Source of the DNA: a virus
Virus record (IMG/VR): IMGVR_UViG_3300044797_000185
Span: 32,001 to 96,000 of that record
Length of the DNA stretch: 64,000 nt
Direction: 5' to 3' (one strand)
Made by a program: the position numbers and the translations under genes. A model generated the notes under the pieces. It was not told the DNA's origin. It made no database searches and saw only the letters and a program-made list of their open reading frames with translations. This document shows positions 35,711-44,789 of this stretch, one piece after another (positions within the stretch are counted from its first letter, which is position 1; each line of letters starts with the position of its first letter).

Positions 35711-36433
35711 ATGAAAAAGTTACTTATGTTGTTGGTGTTGGCTGTTCCACTTCATGCTGAAGTTACCTTTACGTTTGACGATGGCTCACGGACTCAGATT
35801 GATCATGGGTATCCAGTTCTCTTCAAATATCATTACCCTGCGACAATCTATCTTGTTACTAAGCCATTAGGACATGATGATTGGTATATGAATTGGGGAG
35901 ATGTGAAGACATTGGAACTAGCGGGTTGGGATATTGAAGCCCATACTCGAACACATCCTCATCTAGATAAGCTTACTCATAAACAACTTGTGGCTGAGCT
36001 TGATGGGTGCAGAGCAGATCTTAAGTGGCATGGTTATCCTGCTAGGCATTTTGCTACACCATATGGTGAGACAGATCCTGCAGTTCAACGTGAACTTAAG
36101 AAAAGATTCGTTAGTGTTCGTGCTGGAGAGGTCATTGGTAATGAACTTAATTGGGAAAATAAATTAAATCGTTATAATCTCTCTATCTTTCCTTTGACGG
36201 AAAGTACAGACTTGGAATTGGTGAAACGTCTCATTGAACATGGAACTTTTGAGAAACGTTGGTTGATTCTTATGGTTCACAAAGTACTTCCAGATGGTGA
36301 TCCTCATTTGAAGACTGATAGATGGAGTGTCAGTGTGAGTAAGCTTCAGGCAGCTGCAGCTTATTGCAACATTCAAGGCACCAAGGTTGTAACAGTGGAT
36401 CAATACTTTAAATCTCATGGTCTGGAGAAATAA
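35711..36433 (+). CDS. Secreted polysaccharide deacetylase (CE4/NodB)
   Basis: Signal peptide; TFTFDDG, EAHTRTHPHL, FATPYG, LMVH motifs. Confidence 0.92.
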   Translation: MKKLLMLLVLAVPLHAEVTFTFDDGSRTQIDHGYPVLFKYHYPATIYLVTKPLGHDDWYMNWGDVKTLELAGWDIEAHTRTHPHLDKLTHKQLVAELDGCRADLKWHGYPARHFATPYGETDPAVQRELKKRFVSVRAGEVIGNELNWENKLNRYNLSIFPLTESTDLELVKRLIEHGTFEKRWLILMVHKVLPDGDPHLKTDRWSVSVSKLQAAAAYCNIQGTKVVTVDQYFKSHGLEK

Positions 36434-36434
36434 T

Positions 36435-36848
36435 ATGAAAAAGCTACTCATAGTTCTATTGCTACTGTCATCGGCGGGAGTAGCCCATGCAGGTCCATTA
36501 GATTTGATCTTTGATGCTCCAGGTAGCGTCTGGGGTCGTGTAGATAGTAGTGTAAATCCCTGGGGGAACATGACACATACCCAAGCTAACATAGAACAGG
36601 GTATTAGATTCTATGACGTAAGATGGCTTACATTTTACGGTGGTTTTACTTGGTGGCAAGAAGTTAATAGTTCTAAAGTTGGGTATTGGCAAGCGGGGGT
36701 TAAAAACACTACTTGGATTCCTAATTGGATAGTGGGTATCGAAGAAGAGGATTACGTGGTCGCTGCTCCTTCTCTTGCCAGTGGTGGGCAGCATTACGTG
36801 GTCGCATATGTCTCTACCAGTTATAGTTGGAATTTACGGAAATATTAA
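36435..36848 (+). CDS. Small exported beta-strand-rich protein
   Basis: Signal peptide MKKLLIVLLLLSSAGVAHA; aromatic alternating strands, ends ..SYSWNLRKY; SD ggag. Confidence 0.65.
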   Translation: MKKLLIVLLLLSSAGVAHAGPLDLIFDAPGSVWGRVDSSVNPWGNMTHTQANIEQGIRFYDVRWLTFYGGFTWWQEVNSSKVGYWQAGVKNTTWIPNWIVGIEEEDYVVAAPSLASGGQHYVVAYVSTSYSWNLRKY

Positions 36849-36967
36849 ATGCTCAATTTACCTGGAGGTCTGACTCTTTGTTTTCACCTAACTATCCTTT
36901 TGGCAAGGAATGTATGGCGGGGTTTTTTGTATCTACTTTCAGGAATAAATTTGATCTTTTAAATCTC

Positions 36968-36996
36968 TTGACATTGTTGTTTACTCATGGTATACT
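36968..36996 (+). promoter_or_regulatory. Sigma70-type promoter (leaderless mRNA)
   Basis: TTGACA-17-TATACT; ATG at 37002. Confidence 0.85.
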
Positions 36997-37001
36997 AAAG
37001 T

Positions 37002-38084
37002 ATGGCTAAACGACTTCACGCTTTTCTATTTCCACTTCATAACGAAGAACTGGTTATCTATAAGACGCTATATAGTCTTAGGAAAGCTGGGGTTGCATGG
37101 GAAGACATGTACTTTGTAGATGATGGCTCTACAGATAAGACAGTTGATATTTTGACCAAAGCTACATTCCCTCATCTATCCATGTTCAATGTCCTTTGCT
37201 TAACTCCGAACGTTGGTAAGACCCAGGCTCTTGTGGTAGCCTTCAAACATTTCAATCTGGCAGAGAAATATGAATGGGTCAATACTTGCGACGGTGATAC
37301 TTTATTGTCTCCCGATTATTTGCAGAAGTTGATCCCAATTTTGAATGATGCTTCTACTAGTACAGCAGCGATTGCTTCACGAGTCTGTTCAATCAAAAAT
37401 AGTTGGAATGCCTACACGAGCTATCGGACATGGGAATATTGGTTAATGCAGGTTACGTATAAGAGGGCGCAAGGGTACATTAATTGCATCACTGTTCTTC
37501 CAGGTTGTGGAACCACTTTTCGTACAAGCGTGTTTGAGAAACTGAGCCAGGACCTAAAGCCAGAGATTTTGACTGAGGATATGCTGTGGACCATCCGTAT
37601 TCATTTGGAAGGTCTTGGTAGGACATTATATGCCCACTCTCTGCGGGTTTATACTCAAGATCCAGATCGTATTAAATCCTATTTTAAACAGAATTGCCGT
37701 TGGTTCCAGGGTGGTTGGCAAGTTTATAGGGAACTGAAAATGTGGCAAGTATTCAAAAGCAAAATCAATGCTGAGACTTCTTTCTTGTTCTTGGAAGGTG
37801 TCTTTTTCAGTACTCTTTTTACCTTTGCATGGTTGTGTTTGTTTAAAGGATGGTTTCCTGCATTTACCCATTATTTCTTTTGGGCTGATTGTCTGTTGTT
37901 TACAGGATTAACTCTAATAGGTGCATTGTGTGAATTGGATAATCGCTTAATTCTTTGGATGCCTTTCTTCTATCTTTTACGCATACTAAAATGCTTCATA
38001 TTCTTGCATAGTTTCATTAAGATTATGATTTTTAAGTCTGATAAAAGGAAAAAACTTCTTTGGAATAAAGTGGCTCGTTATTGA
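37002..38084 (+). CDS. Processive GT2 glycosyltransferase (PgaC/IcaA/HAS-like) with C-terminal TM helices
   Basis: VDDGSTD, CDGDT, LPGC, LTED, QNCRW motifs; three C-terminal hydrophobic segments. Confidence 0.92.
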   Translation: MAKRLHAFLFPLHNEELVIYKTLYSLRKAGVAWEDMYFVDDGSTDKTVDILTKATFPHLSMFNVLCLTPNVGKTQALVVAFKHFNLAEKYEWVNTCDGDTLLSPDYLQKLIPILNDASTSTAAIASRVCSIKNSWNAYTSYRTWEYWLMQVTYKRAQGYINCITVLPGCGTTFRTSVFEKLSQDLKPEILTEDMLWTIRIHLEGLGRTLYAHSLRVYTQDPDRIKSYFKQNCRWFQGGWQVYRELKMWQVFKSKINAETSFLFLEGVFFSTLFTFAWLCLFKGWFPAFTHYFFWADCLLFTGLTLIGALCELDNRLILWMPFFYLLRILKCFIFLHSFIKIMIFKSDKRKKLLWNKVARY

Positions 38085-38093
38085 AAATAACCC

Positions 38094-38122
38094 TTGACTT
38101 TAGTAGATAAGTATGATAGACT
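38094..38122 (+). promoter_or_regulatory. Sigma70-type promoter (leaderless mRNA)
   Basis: TTGACT-17-TAGACT; ATG at 38128. Confidence 0.65.
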
Positions 38123-38127
38123 TAATT

Positions 38128-38316
38128 ATGAATACTTTAAATCGAAATGACAATACGTGTACATGTGGGCATGAATGGTCGCTTCATTTGGCAAATGGGA
38201 AGTTGGCTGCTTGTACCTTGAATCAAAAAATGTGTGACTGTTGGGCATATGCAGCTAAAAAAATAGAGAGACATGAGATTTTTAACTTACAAATTAACTT
38301 AACTCAGGGGAGATAA
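38128..38316 (+). CDS. Cys/His miniprotein (CxCGH type, lacks NLxYLE tail)
   Basis: CTCGHEWSLH..C..MCDC. Confidence 0.6.
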   Translation: MNTLNRNDNTCTCGHEWSLHLANGKLAACTLNQKMCDCWAYAAKKIERHEIFNLQINLTQGR

Positions 38317-38317
38317 A

Positions 38318-38554
38318 ATGCACCTGCTAAAACGTGAATATGTGAAGATGAATCCAGTAGAAAAAGCCGTTATTGTTGCACGAGTTGAGGCTAAATTGTA
38401 TAAGTTTATTATTGGACCTTCAATGGGATGTCTCGAAGGATGTCGTTGTGAAGCGTGTTTTCAAAAAGCATTGGATTTATTGGTAACTAAAACAGAAACT
38501 ATTACAGTAAATTTACAATCAAACGATTCCGAAATCTTGGAATGGCTTTCATAA
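38318..38554 (+). CDS. Hypothetical protein
   Basis: SD ggggag; CLEGCRCEAC motif. Confidence 0.55.
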   Translation: MHLLKREYVKMNPVEKAVIVARVEAKLYKFIIGPSMGCLEGCRCEACFQKALDLLVTKTETITVNLQSNDSEILEWLS

Positions 38555-38558
38555 GGGC

Positions 38559-38587
38559 TTGACAAGTAGGGCATAATCTGCTATACT
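38559..38587 (+). promoter_or_regulatory. Sigma70-type promoter
   Basis: TTGACA-17-TATACT. Confidence 0.85.
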
Positions 38588-38603
38588 TATAGGGAGAAAT
38601 AAT

Positions 38604-38945
38604 ATGAAGAAAATTGGCTGGACAAAATTGTTGGTTCTCATATTTCTTTTAGGAACGCTCGTTCCTCTTCATGCAGAAGATTCCTATACAGAACAATTAC
38701 GTCAATATAAATTGGTTTATATCGAATTGCTGGAAAAGAAATTAGAAAAAATTCCAACTAATACAACGGTAGAAGTATCTTTAAAAGATGGGACAAGCAA
38801 CAAAGTAATTTTTAAAAGTTATTCAAAATATGATGATGCTTTATGGTTTCATCCTATTGATAGCAGATGGGGTTTTCTTTCAGATGACGCATATGATATT
38901 CGAGAAATCGAAGACGTTCAAGTCATAGTCCAGCACAGGATATGA
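38604..38945 (+). CDS. Hypothetical exported protein
   Basis: Signal peptide ending PLHA; SD agggag. Confidence 0.6.
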   Translation: MKKIGWTKLLVLIFLLGTLVPLHAEDSYTEQLRQYKLVYIELLEKKLEKIPTNTTVEVSLKDGTSNKVIFKSYSKYDDALWFHPIDSRWGFLSDDAYDIREIEDVQVIVQHRI

Positions 38946-39266
38946 ATGAAATGCATTCTTTGCCGATTATTGCCTAAAGAACATTCTTTTAAGGTGTGCC
39001 AGTCTAACACCTGTGATTGCAGCTGTATAATGAACTATGTAGATCGGCCAAAGAATAAACATCAAAGTGTAATGAGACAGGATACTCCTGATTGGCTGAA
39101 TATAGGTGTTGCAGAATTGAAAACTATAAAGATTCCGAAAGTTTACTCCGATTATATGTACATGTTATGGAATACGAGTCGTGGGATTCCTTTTAGTAAG
39201 TGGCATATCCCTGCATATGAAAGAGATTTAAAAAAGAAGAAGCTGGAAATGAGGAATAAAATATGA
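38946..39266 (+). CDS. Hypothetical Cys-rich protein (paralog of 28920..29240)
   Basis: CILC..EHSFKVCQSNTCDCSC. Confidence 0.6.
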   Translation: MKCILCRLLPKEHSFKVCQSNTCDCSCIMNYVDRPKNKHQSVMRQDTPDWLNIGVAELKTIKIPKVYSDYMYMLWNTSRGIPFSKWHIPAYERDLKKKKLEMRNKI

Positions 39267-39415
39267 TAGATAAAGATCATTGGTTAGTGATTATTTTTTT
39301 GATTTTGACTGTCATAAGTTCTGTCATCATAATTCATGCACTCTCAAAAGTTGTTGTTTCTGCTTCTAGCAGCGTTGGTTATAATTATGATGCTGGGGTT
39401 ACAATAATTCCATAA
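39263..39415 (+). CDS. Small single-TM protein (50 aa)
   Basis: Hand-translated MIDKDHWLVIIFLILTVISSVIII...; fills the gap between ORFs. Confidence 0.45.
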   Translation: MIDKDHWLVIIFLILTVISSVIIIHALSKVVVSASSSVGYNYDAGVTIIP

Positions 39416-39424
39416 GGAGAAAAA

Positions 39425-39643
39425 ATGGCTAAAGATGGTGATGTCTTTGTTGCAGTTAGTTTGGTTCCAGGTGTTTCGAATCAAAAAGTTATTTTTAGAC
39501 ACGTACAACCTGGATTTGAGGAATTGCCTTCTATTTCGATGTACGATTTGACGGAGGATATTTCAGGGCATCCCAAAGATTCTACAGTGTCAAGAAATAC
39601 ACTTGAGGAGAGCGGATATGTTCTTCCTCAAGAGGCTCCCTGA
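39425..39643 (+). CDS. Hypothetical protein
   Basis: SD aaggag. Confidence 0.6.
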   Translation: MAKDGDVFVAVSLVPGVSNQKVIFRHVQPGFEELPSISMYDLTEDISGHPKDSTVSRNTLEESGYVLPQEAP

Positions 39644-39649
39644 TTAAAT

Positions 39650-40234
39650 ATGACCATGAGAAAAAAAGTAAAAAAGAAACAATTTTGTATTCATGGGCAC
39701 GATGTATTTATCTGTGGTAGAACTAATGGTGGAAAAGGAAATTGTAAAATATGTGATCAAATTTACAGTGATTCTGATCATAAAAGATCTTATCGTAATT
39801 TTTTAAGGCGGTTAGCACAAAAATTTGTAAATTGTATTAAGGATAAACCATGCATGGATTGTGGTATTAAATATCCTTCCTATGTAATGCAATTTGATCA
39901 TAGACCTGGAGAGAAAAAATTATTTTCAATAAGTTCTAGTTCTTTAAATTATAATATAGAAAAAATAAAATTAGAAATAACTAAGTGTGATGTTGTTTGT
40001 GCTAATTGTCATTGGCAACGAACCCATGATAGAAAATTTATTATAAAAAGGAAAAATAAGGGTATGAAAAAATTACTAAAAAGAGTATTAAAAAGAAAAA
40101 TTTTTACACAAACTGATGTGAGTTTGCTTATTCAAAAGCTTGCTGATCCTAAAAGTGATTCTTTTGATCCTGAATTTGCTGCTGCGATGCAGGAAGAATA
40201 TGATAAACGTATTGCTAAAGGAAAAAATAAATGA
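39650..40234 (+). CDS. HNH endonuclease, possibly fused to a small downstream gene
   Basis: FCIHGH..CKIC; CMDCG..MQFDH..KCDVVCANCHWQRT; internal ATG (MKKLLKR) after AAGGG. Confidence 0.8.
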   Translation: MTMRKKVKKKQFCIHGHDVFICGRTNGGKGNCKICDQIYSDSDHKRSYRNFLRRLAQKFVNCIKDKPCMDCGIKYPSYVMQFDHRPGEKKLFSISSSSLNYNIEKIKLEITKCDVVCANCHWQRTHDRKFIIKRKNKGMKKLLKRVLKRKIFTQTDVSLLIQKLADPKSDSFDPEFAAAMQEEYDKRIAKGKNK

Positions 40235-40443
40235 AATTTACTTTTTTGTTCCATGATGGTAGTAGGATAGTTTTTTCAGCGGATGAAGTAAAACATTACA
40301 CTGGACATGCTGCTCTTACGAATGCTACAGTATTAGAAAATACTAAAAATTATGCCGTTAAGGTCGGAGATCATTTTGATCGATTTAATATCGCACTGAA
40401 TGACAATTTATTTGGTATGTTTCCATCTGATGAGGTAAAATAG
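40231..40443 (+). CDS. Hypothetical protein
   Basis: ATGA-type overlap with upstream ORF. Confidence 0.55.
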   Translation: MKFTFLFHDGSRIVFSADEVKHYTGHAALTNATVLENTKNYAVKVGDHFDRFNIALNDNLFGMFPSDEVK

Positions 40444-40505
40444 ATCCTTCGGAGGCGATGTCATATCCGTCGAGTTAGCTCCTCTCGTAAAAAGGAGCAC
40501 AATTT

Positions 40506-41357
40506 ATGATTAACAAATTAACATCTGAACAAGAACAGCAAATAAAAGAATATTTTAATACCTACCTATCTAAAGGTTTATCTACCACACCCTCAAATAA
40601 ATCCGTTGCAGAAATAGCTATTAAACGAATGTCTAAGTTATTAAATGAAAAAGAACCTGAAATAAGATGGGTTAAAAGCCCTATGGAGTTAATTAAATTG
40701 TGGAAAGCTAAATCTCTTTATTCATCTCTTTATTCATCTCTTTATCCATCTCTTTATTCATCTCTTTATCCATCTCTTTATTCATCTCTTTATTCATCTC
40801 TTGATTCATCTCTTCGTTCATCTCTTTATTCATCTCTTGATTCATCTCTTGATTCATCTCTTTATTCATCTCTTCGTTCATCTCTTTATTCATCTCTTTA
40901 TTCATCTCTTCGTTCATCTCTTTATTCATCTCTTGATTCATCTCTTTATTCATCTCTTGATTCATCTCTTCGTTCATCTCTTTTATGGGGACAAGGAAAT
41001 GCCAATTGGATTCCCTTTTTTAAATATTGCACTGAAGTATTAAAGATTAAATATGATGCCCAAGATGTTGAAAAATTAAATCTTTGGGTTAGCATGATGG
41101 AATGTTCTTATTTCCTTATATTTAAGAAGCTTGTTGTTTTAATGGAACATCCAAAAGAAATTCATGTAGATAATAAAGGATTAAACCACAATCTTGAGGA
41201 TTATGCAATTAAATGGTATGATAATACGGGTATTTACGTTGTGCATGGTGAAGTAGTTGATGCTTTAGATATTGAACAATTATTTAAGGGTAAAAAGATA
41301 ACTAATTTAGAATATTTGGGTAGCAAGTACAAGGAATCGAGTGAAAGTATATTGTAG
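40506..41357 (+). CDS. DUF6745-like protein with internal SSL[Y/D/R] tandem repeat
   Basis: N-terminal KLTSEQ..IRWVKSP and C-terminal WGQ..W..F..EHP..A.KW.D..GIY..HG patterns flanking the repeat. Confidence 0.7.
   Translation: MINKLTSEQEQQIKEYFNTYLSKGLSTTPSNKSVAEIAIKRMSKLLNEKEPEIRWVKSPMELIKLWKAKSLYSSLYSSLYPSLYSSLYPSLYSSLYSSLDSSLRSSLYSSLDSSLDSSLYSSLRSSLYSSLYSSLRSSLYSSLDSSLYSSLDSSLRSSLLWGQGNANWIPFFKYCTEVLKIKYDAQDVEKLNLWVSMMECSYFLIFKKLVVLMEHPKEIHVDNKGLNHNLEDYAIKWYDNTGIYVVHGEVVDALDIEQLFKGKKITNLEYLGSKYKESSESIL
40713..40985 (+). repeat. 12-bp coding tandem repeat, about 23 units
   Basis: Unit TTCATCTCTT+(TA/GA/CG), encoding SSLY/SSLD/SSLR; two PSLY variants. Confidence 0.97.
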
Positions 41358-41685
41358 TCATTCCATTAAAGATTTTAATAAAGCTTCCAATTATAGTGCC
41401 TGTAAGTTATGTTTACAAGGGTGGTATGGTATTGATCCTATTCCCGTTGTAGTGGTTGGGTATACAGAACCCTATGAGGTTGACGAAAATTACATGGATC
41501 GGTTTAAAGAGAAGGATTTATCAGCAAAGAAATTTACTCGCTGCTTGATATGTAAAGATTTACTTGAAAAGAGAAAACATATTACCTGTAATATTCAAGC
41601 ATGGTGGCGTTCTGTTGGTAAAAGACATAAAGAAACTATTAACAGAATGCTCAGCGTGGTTATTGGATTGAGAAAAGATAAATGA
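41341..41685 (+). CDS. Hypothetical Cys-containing protein
   Basis: GTG start; CKLC, CLIC. Confidence 0.5.
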   Translation: MKVYCSHSIKDFNKASNYSACKLCLQGWYGIDPIPVVVVGYTEPYEVDENYMDRFKEKDLSAKKFTRCLICKDLLEKRKHITCNIQAWWRSVGKRHKETINRMLSVVIGLRKDK

Positions 41686-42848
41686 ATTTCCTTTACTTTC
41701 TTGCAATGTTGTCTCATTTTTCTCAAGGTATAGCTGGTCTTGTTGGTCAACCTCTCTATTATTATCTTAGGGAAACTCTCCATTTGAGTGTATCACAGAT
41801 AATGTATCTCTCCTCCCTTACTACAATTCCCTGGATGCTAAAGCCAGTCTTTGGCTTTTTCAGTGATCTACTCCCCATCAAAAATTATCATCGAAAACCC
41901 TATATCATTCTAAGTGCTATTATTTGTAGTGTTATGGCATTTGTGATTGGATTTTCACCTACCCTAGCATTGCCATGGCTCATAGCTTTTCTTTTTGTCT
42001 ATTCAATTGGTCAAGCAGGAGATAATGTAGCAATTAATGGATTTGTTGTAGAAGAAGGCAATAGAGCAAACACTGTTGGACGATTGCAAAGCTGTCAATG
42101 GGGTTCCTTGGCTGTTGCTGAAGTGCTTACTGGAGTATTAGGTGGTTATCTTTCTACTAAATATACTTACCATACAGCCTATGTTTTAATCGCCATTTTC
42201 CCCGCCATCATAGCAGGATCGGCATTTTATCTTAAAGAAGATAAAGCTATTCCTTTTGTTGGAAGTAAATTGCAGCCTATAAAAGATTTTTTTAAGCAAC
42301 TGAAAAATAAACAGCTTCTTTTTTCTTCTTTATTTCTTTTTCTATTCTGGTTTAGTCCTTCAATTGGTACTCCTCTTATGGATAGAATGCGAACCATTGG
42401 TCTTTCTAAAATGTTTATTGGGTGGATTGGAACAATTGGTTCAATCTTTAGTATTATAGGGGCAGCTATCTATTTCCATGTAAGTAAAACGATTGATATG
42501 AAGAAATGGTTATATTATAGCGTTATTGTTAGTACCATAGCTACCTTTGCTTATTTGTACACTACAAAAGAGTCTTTATTGGCATATGATGTGATATTTA
42601 GCATATCAGGGCAGTTTGTGCAGCTTTTGATGCTTGGGTTGATGGCAAGGACTTGTCCAAAGGGTACGGAAGCCACTACATTTGCCCTATTAACGTCAAT
42701 TGTTAATTTTGGAGGCTCCATGTCAAATGTAGTAGGGGCGAAGCTATTTGGGCTGTTTGGTTATAATGGATTGGTTATTATAAGTGGGATTGCAACATTT
42801 GCTTGTTTGCCATTTATTCCTTATTTAACCATTGAAAAAAAGGATTGA
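41682..42848 (+). CDS. MFS transporter, BT1 folate/biopterin family-like
   Basis: IPWMLKPVFGFFSDLLPIKNYHRKPY, CPKGTEATTFALL; about 12 hydrophobic segments. Confidence 0.85.
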   Translation: MNFLYFLAMLSHFSQGIAGLVGQPLYYYLRETLHLSVSQIMYLSSLTTIPWMLKPVFGFFSDLLPIKNYHRKPYIILSAIICSVMAFVIGFSPTLALPWLIAFLFVYSIGQAGDNVAINGFVVEEGNRANTVGRLQSCQWGSLAVAEVLTGVLGGYLSTKYTYHTAYVLIAIFPAIIAGSAFYLKEDKAIPFVGSKLQPIKDFFKQLKNKQLLFSSLFLFLFWFSPSIGTPLMDRMRTIGLSKMFIGWIGTIGSIFSIIGAAIYFHVSKTIDMKKWLYYSVIVSTIATFAYLYTTKESLLAYDVIFSISGQFVQLLMLGLMARTCPKGTEATTFALLTSIVNFGGSMSNVVGAKLFGLFGYNGLVIISGIATFACLPFIPYLTIEKKD

Positions 42849-42873
42849 CAGTAGACAAGATATATGGTATACT
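42845..42873 (+). promoter_or_regulatory. Sigma70-type promoter
   Basis: TTGACA-17-TATACT. Confidence 0.85.
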
Positions 42874-42947
42874 TATTTAGTCATAAGTAGATTAGGCAAT
42901 GGGAAATTGGTTATGGCTCTGGATAAATAAAGATAAGGAGATTTAAA

Positions 42948-43436
42948 ATGAAAAGACTAGTAATGTTTGTTGTTTGTGGTTTGATGACAATTGGTTGTAG
43001 TAAGCATGATTCTTCAGTTCCAAATGCACCTACACTACCAGCTAATTTAAATATTACTGGTTCGTATACTGCTTATGGGGTTGTTTATACATTAATTCCT
43101 CCATGTCCAAATAATGTTTGTTCATATGATGTGAATGTTACTGTTGTAGTTACACAATCAGGAGATGAACTTACTGGAAGTTATAGTGATTCAAATGGTA
43201 TTTCTGGAACACTTGTTGGAAATGTTTCCACAGATACCCCAAGTTCTGAAAGTGGGACATTTAATCTTCTGCGGTCTGGGTATAGTGGATCACAGGCTGT
43301 TTTTTCATACACTGCAACACCTGGATTGTTATCATTTGTAGTTCAATCGGGGGGACAAAATCCATTTGTACAACATGCAAGTGCTTCTAAAAATTCAAGT
43401 TCATCTTCTGTTAGCTTTTCTGGGCTTGGATTATAA
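42948..43436 (+). CDS. Putative lipoprotein
   Basis: Lipobox-like TIGC after hydrophobic leader; beta-rich body. Confidence 0.7.
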   Translation: MKRLVMFVVCGLMTIGCSKHDSSVPNAPTLPANLNITGSYTAYGVVYTLIPPCPNNVCSYDVNVTVVVTQSGDELTGSYSDSNGISGTLVGNVSTDTPSSESGTFNLLRSGYSGSQAVFSYTATPGLLSFVVQSGGQNPFVQHASASKNSSSSSVSFSGLGL

Positions 43437-43446
43437 ATATTAAAAT

Positions 43447-43475
43447 TCCCTCTGTGCTCATAGTGGGCAGAGGGA
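43447..43475 (+). terminator. Stem-loop, possible terminator
   Basis: TCCCTCTG...CAGAGGGA inverted repeat after the lipoprotein gene; no clear U tract. Confidence 0.4.
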
Positions 43476-43485
43476 TAAATATTAC

Positions 43486-43514
43486 TTGCTAATTAAGAAT
43501 TAATATGGTATACT
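43486..43514 (+). promoter_or_regulatory. Sigma70-type promoter (leaderless mRNA)
   Basis: TTGCTA-17-TATACT; ATG at 43522. Confidence 0.7.
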
Positions 43515-43521
43515 TAAGCAA

Positions 43522-44292
43522 ATGATAACACTAAATGGACATCCAGTTTCAACTACCTTTTTCCCTGATCAATCTTCTCAGGTTTGGAAGATTGATCCTA
43601 AATTTTTTCTTACTAATAATAACGTCATCCGATGGGAATTCCAGGGTGAGGCAGAATTCATGCATCTTGCTCAGCTTAAAACTCTTTTGGATCTGAACTA
43701 TGGGCTTGATACTACTTTGGATCTGCCTTATTTACCTTATGCTCGTCAAGATAAAGAAATTACCAATGAATCCACATTTGCTTTGTATACATTCGCTCTC
43801 TTATTGAATAGCTTGGGTTTCACCAAAGTATTTATATTTGATCCACATAATTTGGAGCTTACACAGCGATTGATTGATAGGGTTGAGATTACAATGCCTG
43901 ATGTGAAGTCATTGCTTAAAGAATTGAAAGCACTACCTGTTTATCCTGATGCGGGAGCAGCTAAGAGATACAATGCTCCAAAGAATACACTTCGTTGTGA
44001 AAAGGTACGGGAACCACTTACTGGGGAGATCACTGGCATTAAAGTTATTGGGAAGGTGAGGCACACGAATTATCTGATCCAGGACGATCTTATAGATGGG
44101 GGAAGAACCTTCATTGAAGTAGCTAAGAAGTTATATAAGAAGGGAGCTAAAAATGTTTATTTATATGGCTCTCATGGGATTTTTTCAAAGGGCTTGCCCC
44201 CTTTGTTTGATGCGGGGATACGAAGGATATTTACTTACAAAGGTGAAGCTTTTTGGAGTTCTAAGTGCGAGATTTTTTATAAAACTATATGA
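43522..44292 (+). CDS. PRPP-synthetase-like protein (probable NARP1 ADPR-PP synthase, Adps)
   Basis: FPD, LPYLPYARQD, FDPH, YPDAGAAKRY, IQDDLIDGGRTF, SHGIFSKG. Confidence 0.85.
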   Translation: MITLNGHPVSTTFFPDQSSQVWKIDPKFFLTNNNVIRWEFQGEAEFMHLAQLKTLLDLNYGLDTTLDLPYLPYARQDKEITNESTFALYTFALLLNSLGFTKVFIFDPHNLELTQRLIDRVEITMPDVKSLLKELKALPVYPDAGAAKRYNAPKNTLRCEKVREPLTGEITGIKVIGKVRHTNYLIQDDLIDGGRTFIEVAKKLYKKGAKNVYLYGSHGIFSKGLPPLFDAGIRRIFTYKGEAFWSSKCEIFYKTI

Positions 44293-44789
44293 GTGGAAAA
44301 CTTGTAGATCCAGTAAAACGATTTTGGGTAAAAGTAGATAAATCTATTGGTCTTGGTCCTAAAGGAGATTGTTGGGAATGGATTGCAGGAAGATTTACAA
44401 ATGGATATGGGCAATTTTCTACTGGGAAAGCTAAAATTTGTGCCCATAGGTTTTCTTACATTTTAGAACATGGGGATATTGACAACCAATTGAAAGTTTG
44501 CCATACTTGTGATAATAGAAAGTGTGTACGTCCGAGGCATTTGTTTTTAGGTACTCAATTGGATAATATACATGATATGATAAATAAAGGACGAAAAGTT
44601 AATGGGGATAATTCTCATTCCAAAAATGGAAGAGCAAGACTTAACGAGATGGAAGTTGGTGAAATTAAAGAATTACATATGAGAAAAACATCTATTGCTC
44701 AGTTAGCACGTACATATGGTGTTGGTGAGTCTACAGTACGCCATATTGTTCAAGGTCATACCTGGAAAAACAAAGGAGAAATAAAATGA
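44289..44789 (+). CDS. HNH homing endonuclease
   Basis: RFW.KVDK..CWEW..GYG..AHRFSY..VCHTCDNRKCVRPRHLFLGTQLDN..M..KGR. Confidence 0.92.
   Translation: MSGKLVDPVKRFWVKVDKSIGLGPKGDCWEWIAGRFTNGYGQFSTGKAKICAHRFSYILEHGDIDNQLKVCHTCDNRKCVRPRHLFLGTQLDNIHDMINKGRKVNGDNSHSKNGRARLNEMEVGEIKELHMRKTSIAQLARTYGVGESTVRHIVQGHTWKNKGEIK

Noticed and set aside
40713-40985. Possible CRISPR array
   Set aside because: Contiguous 12-bp units with no unique spacers, in frame within a CDS; no cas genes.
40708-41043. Minus-strand MNKE-repeat ORF and +1-frame IHLF-repeat ORF
   Set aside because: Shadows of the 12-bp repeat inside the 40506 gene; no SD or promoter support.
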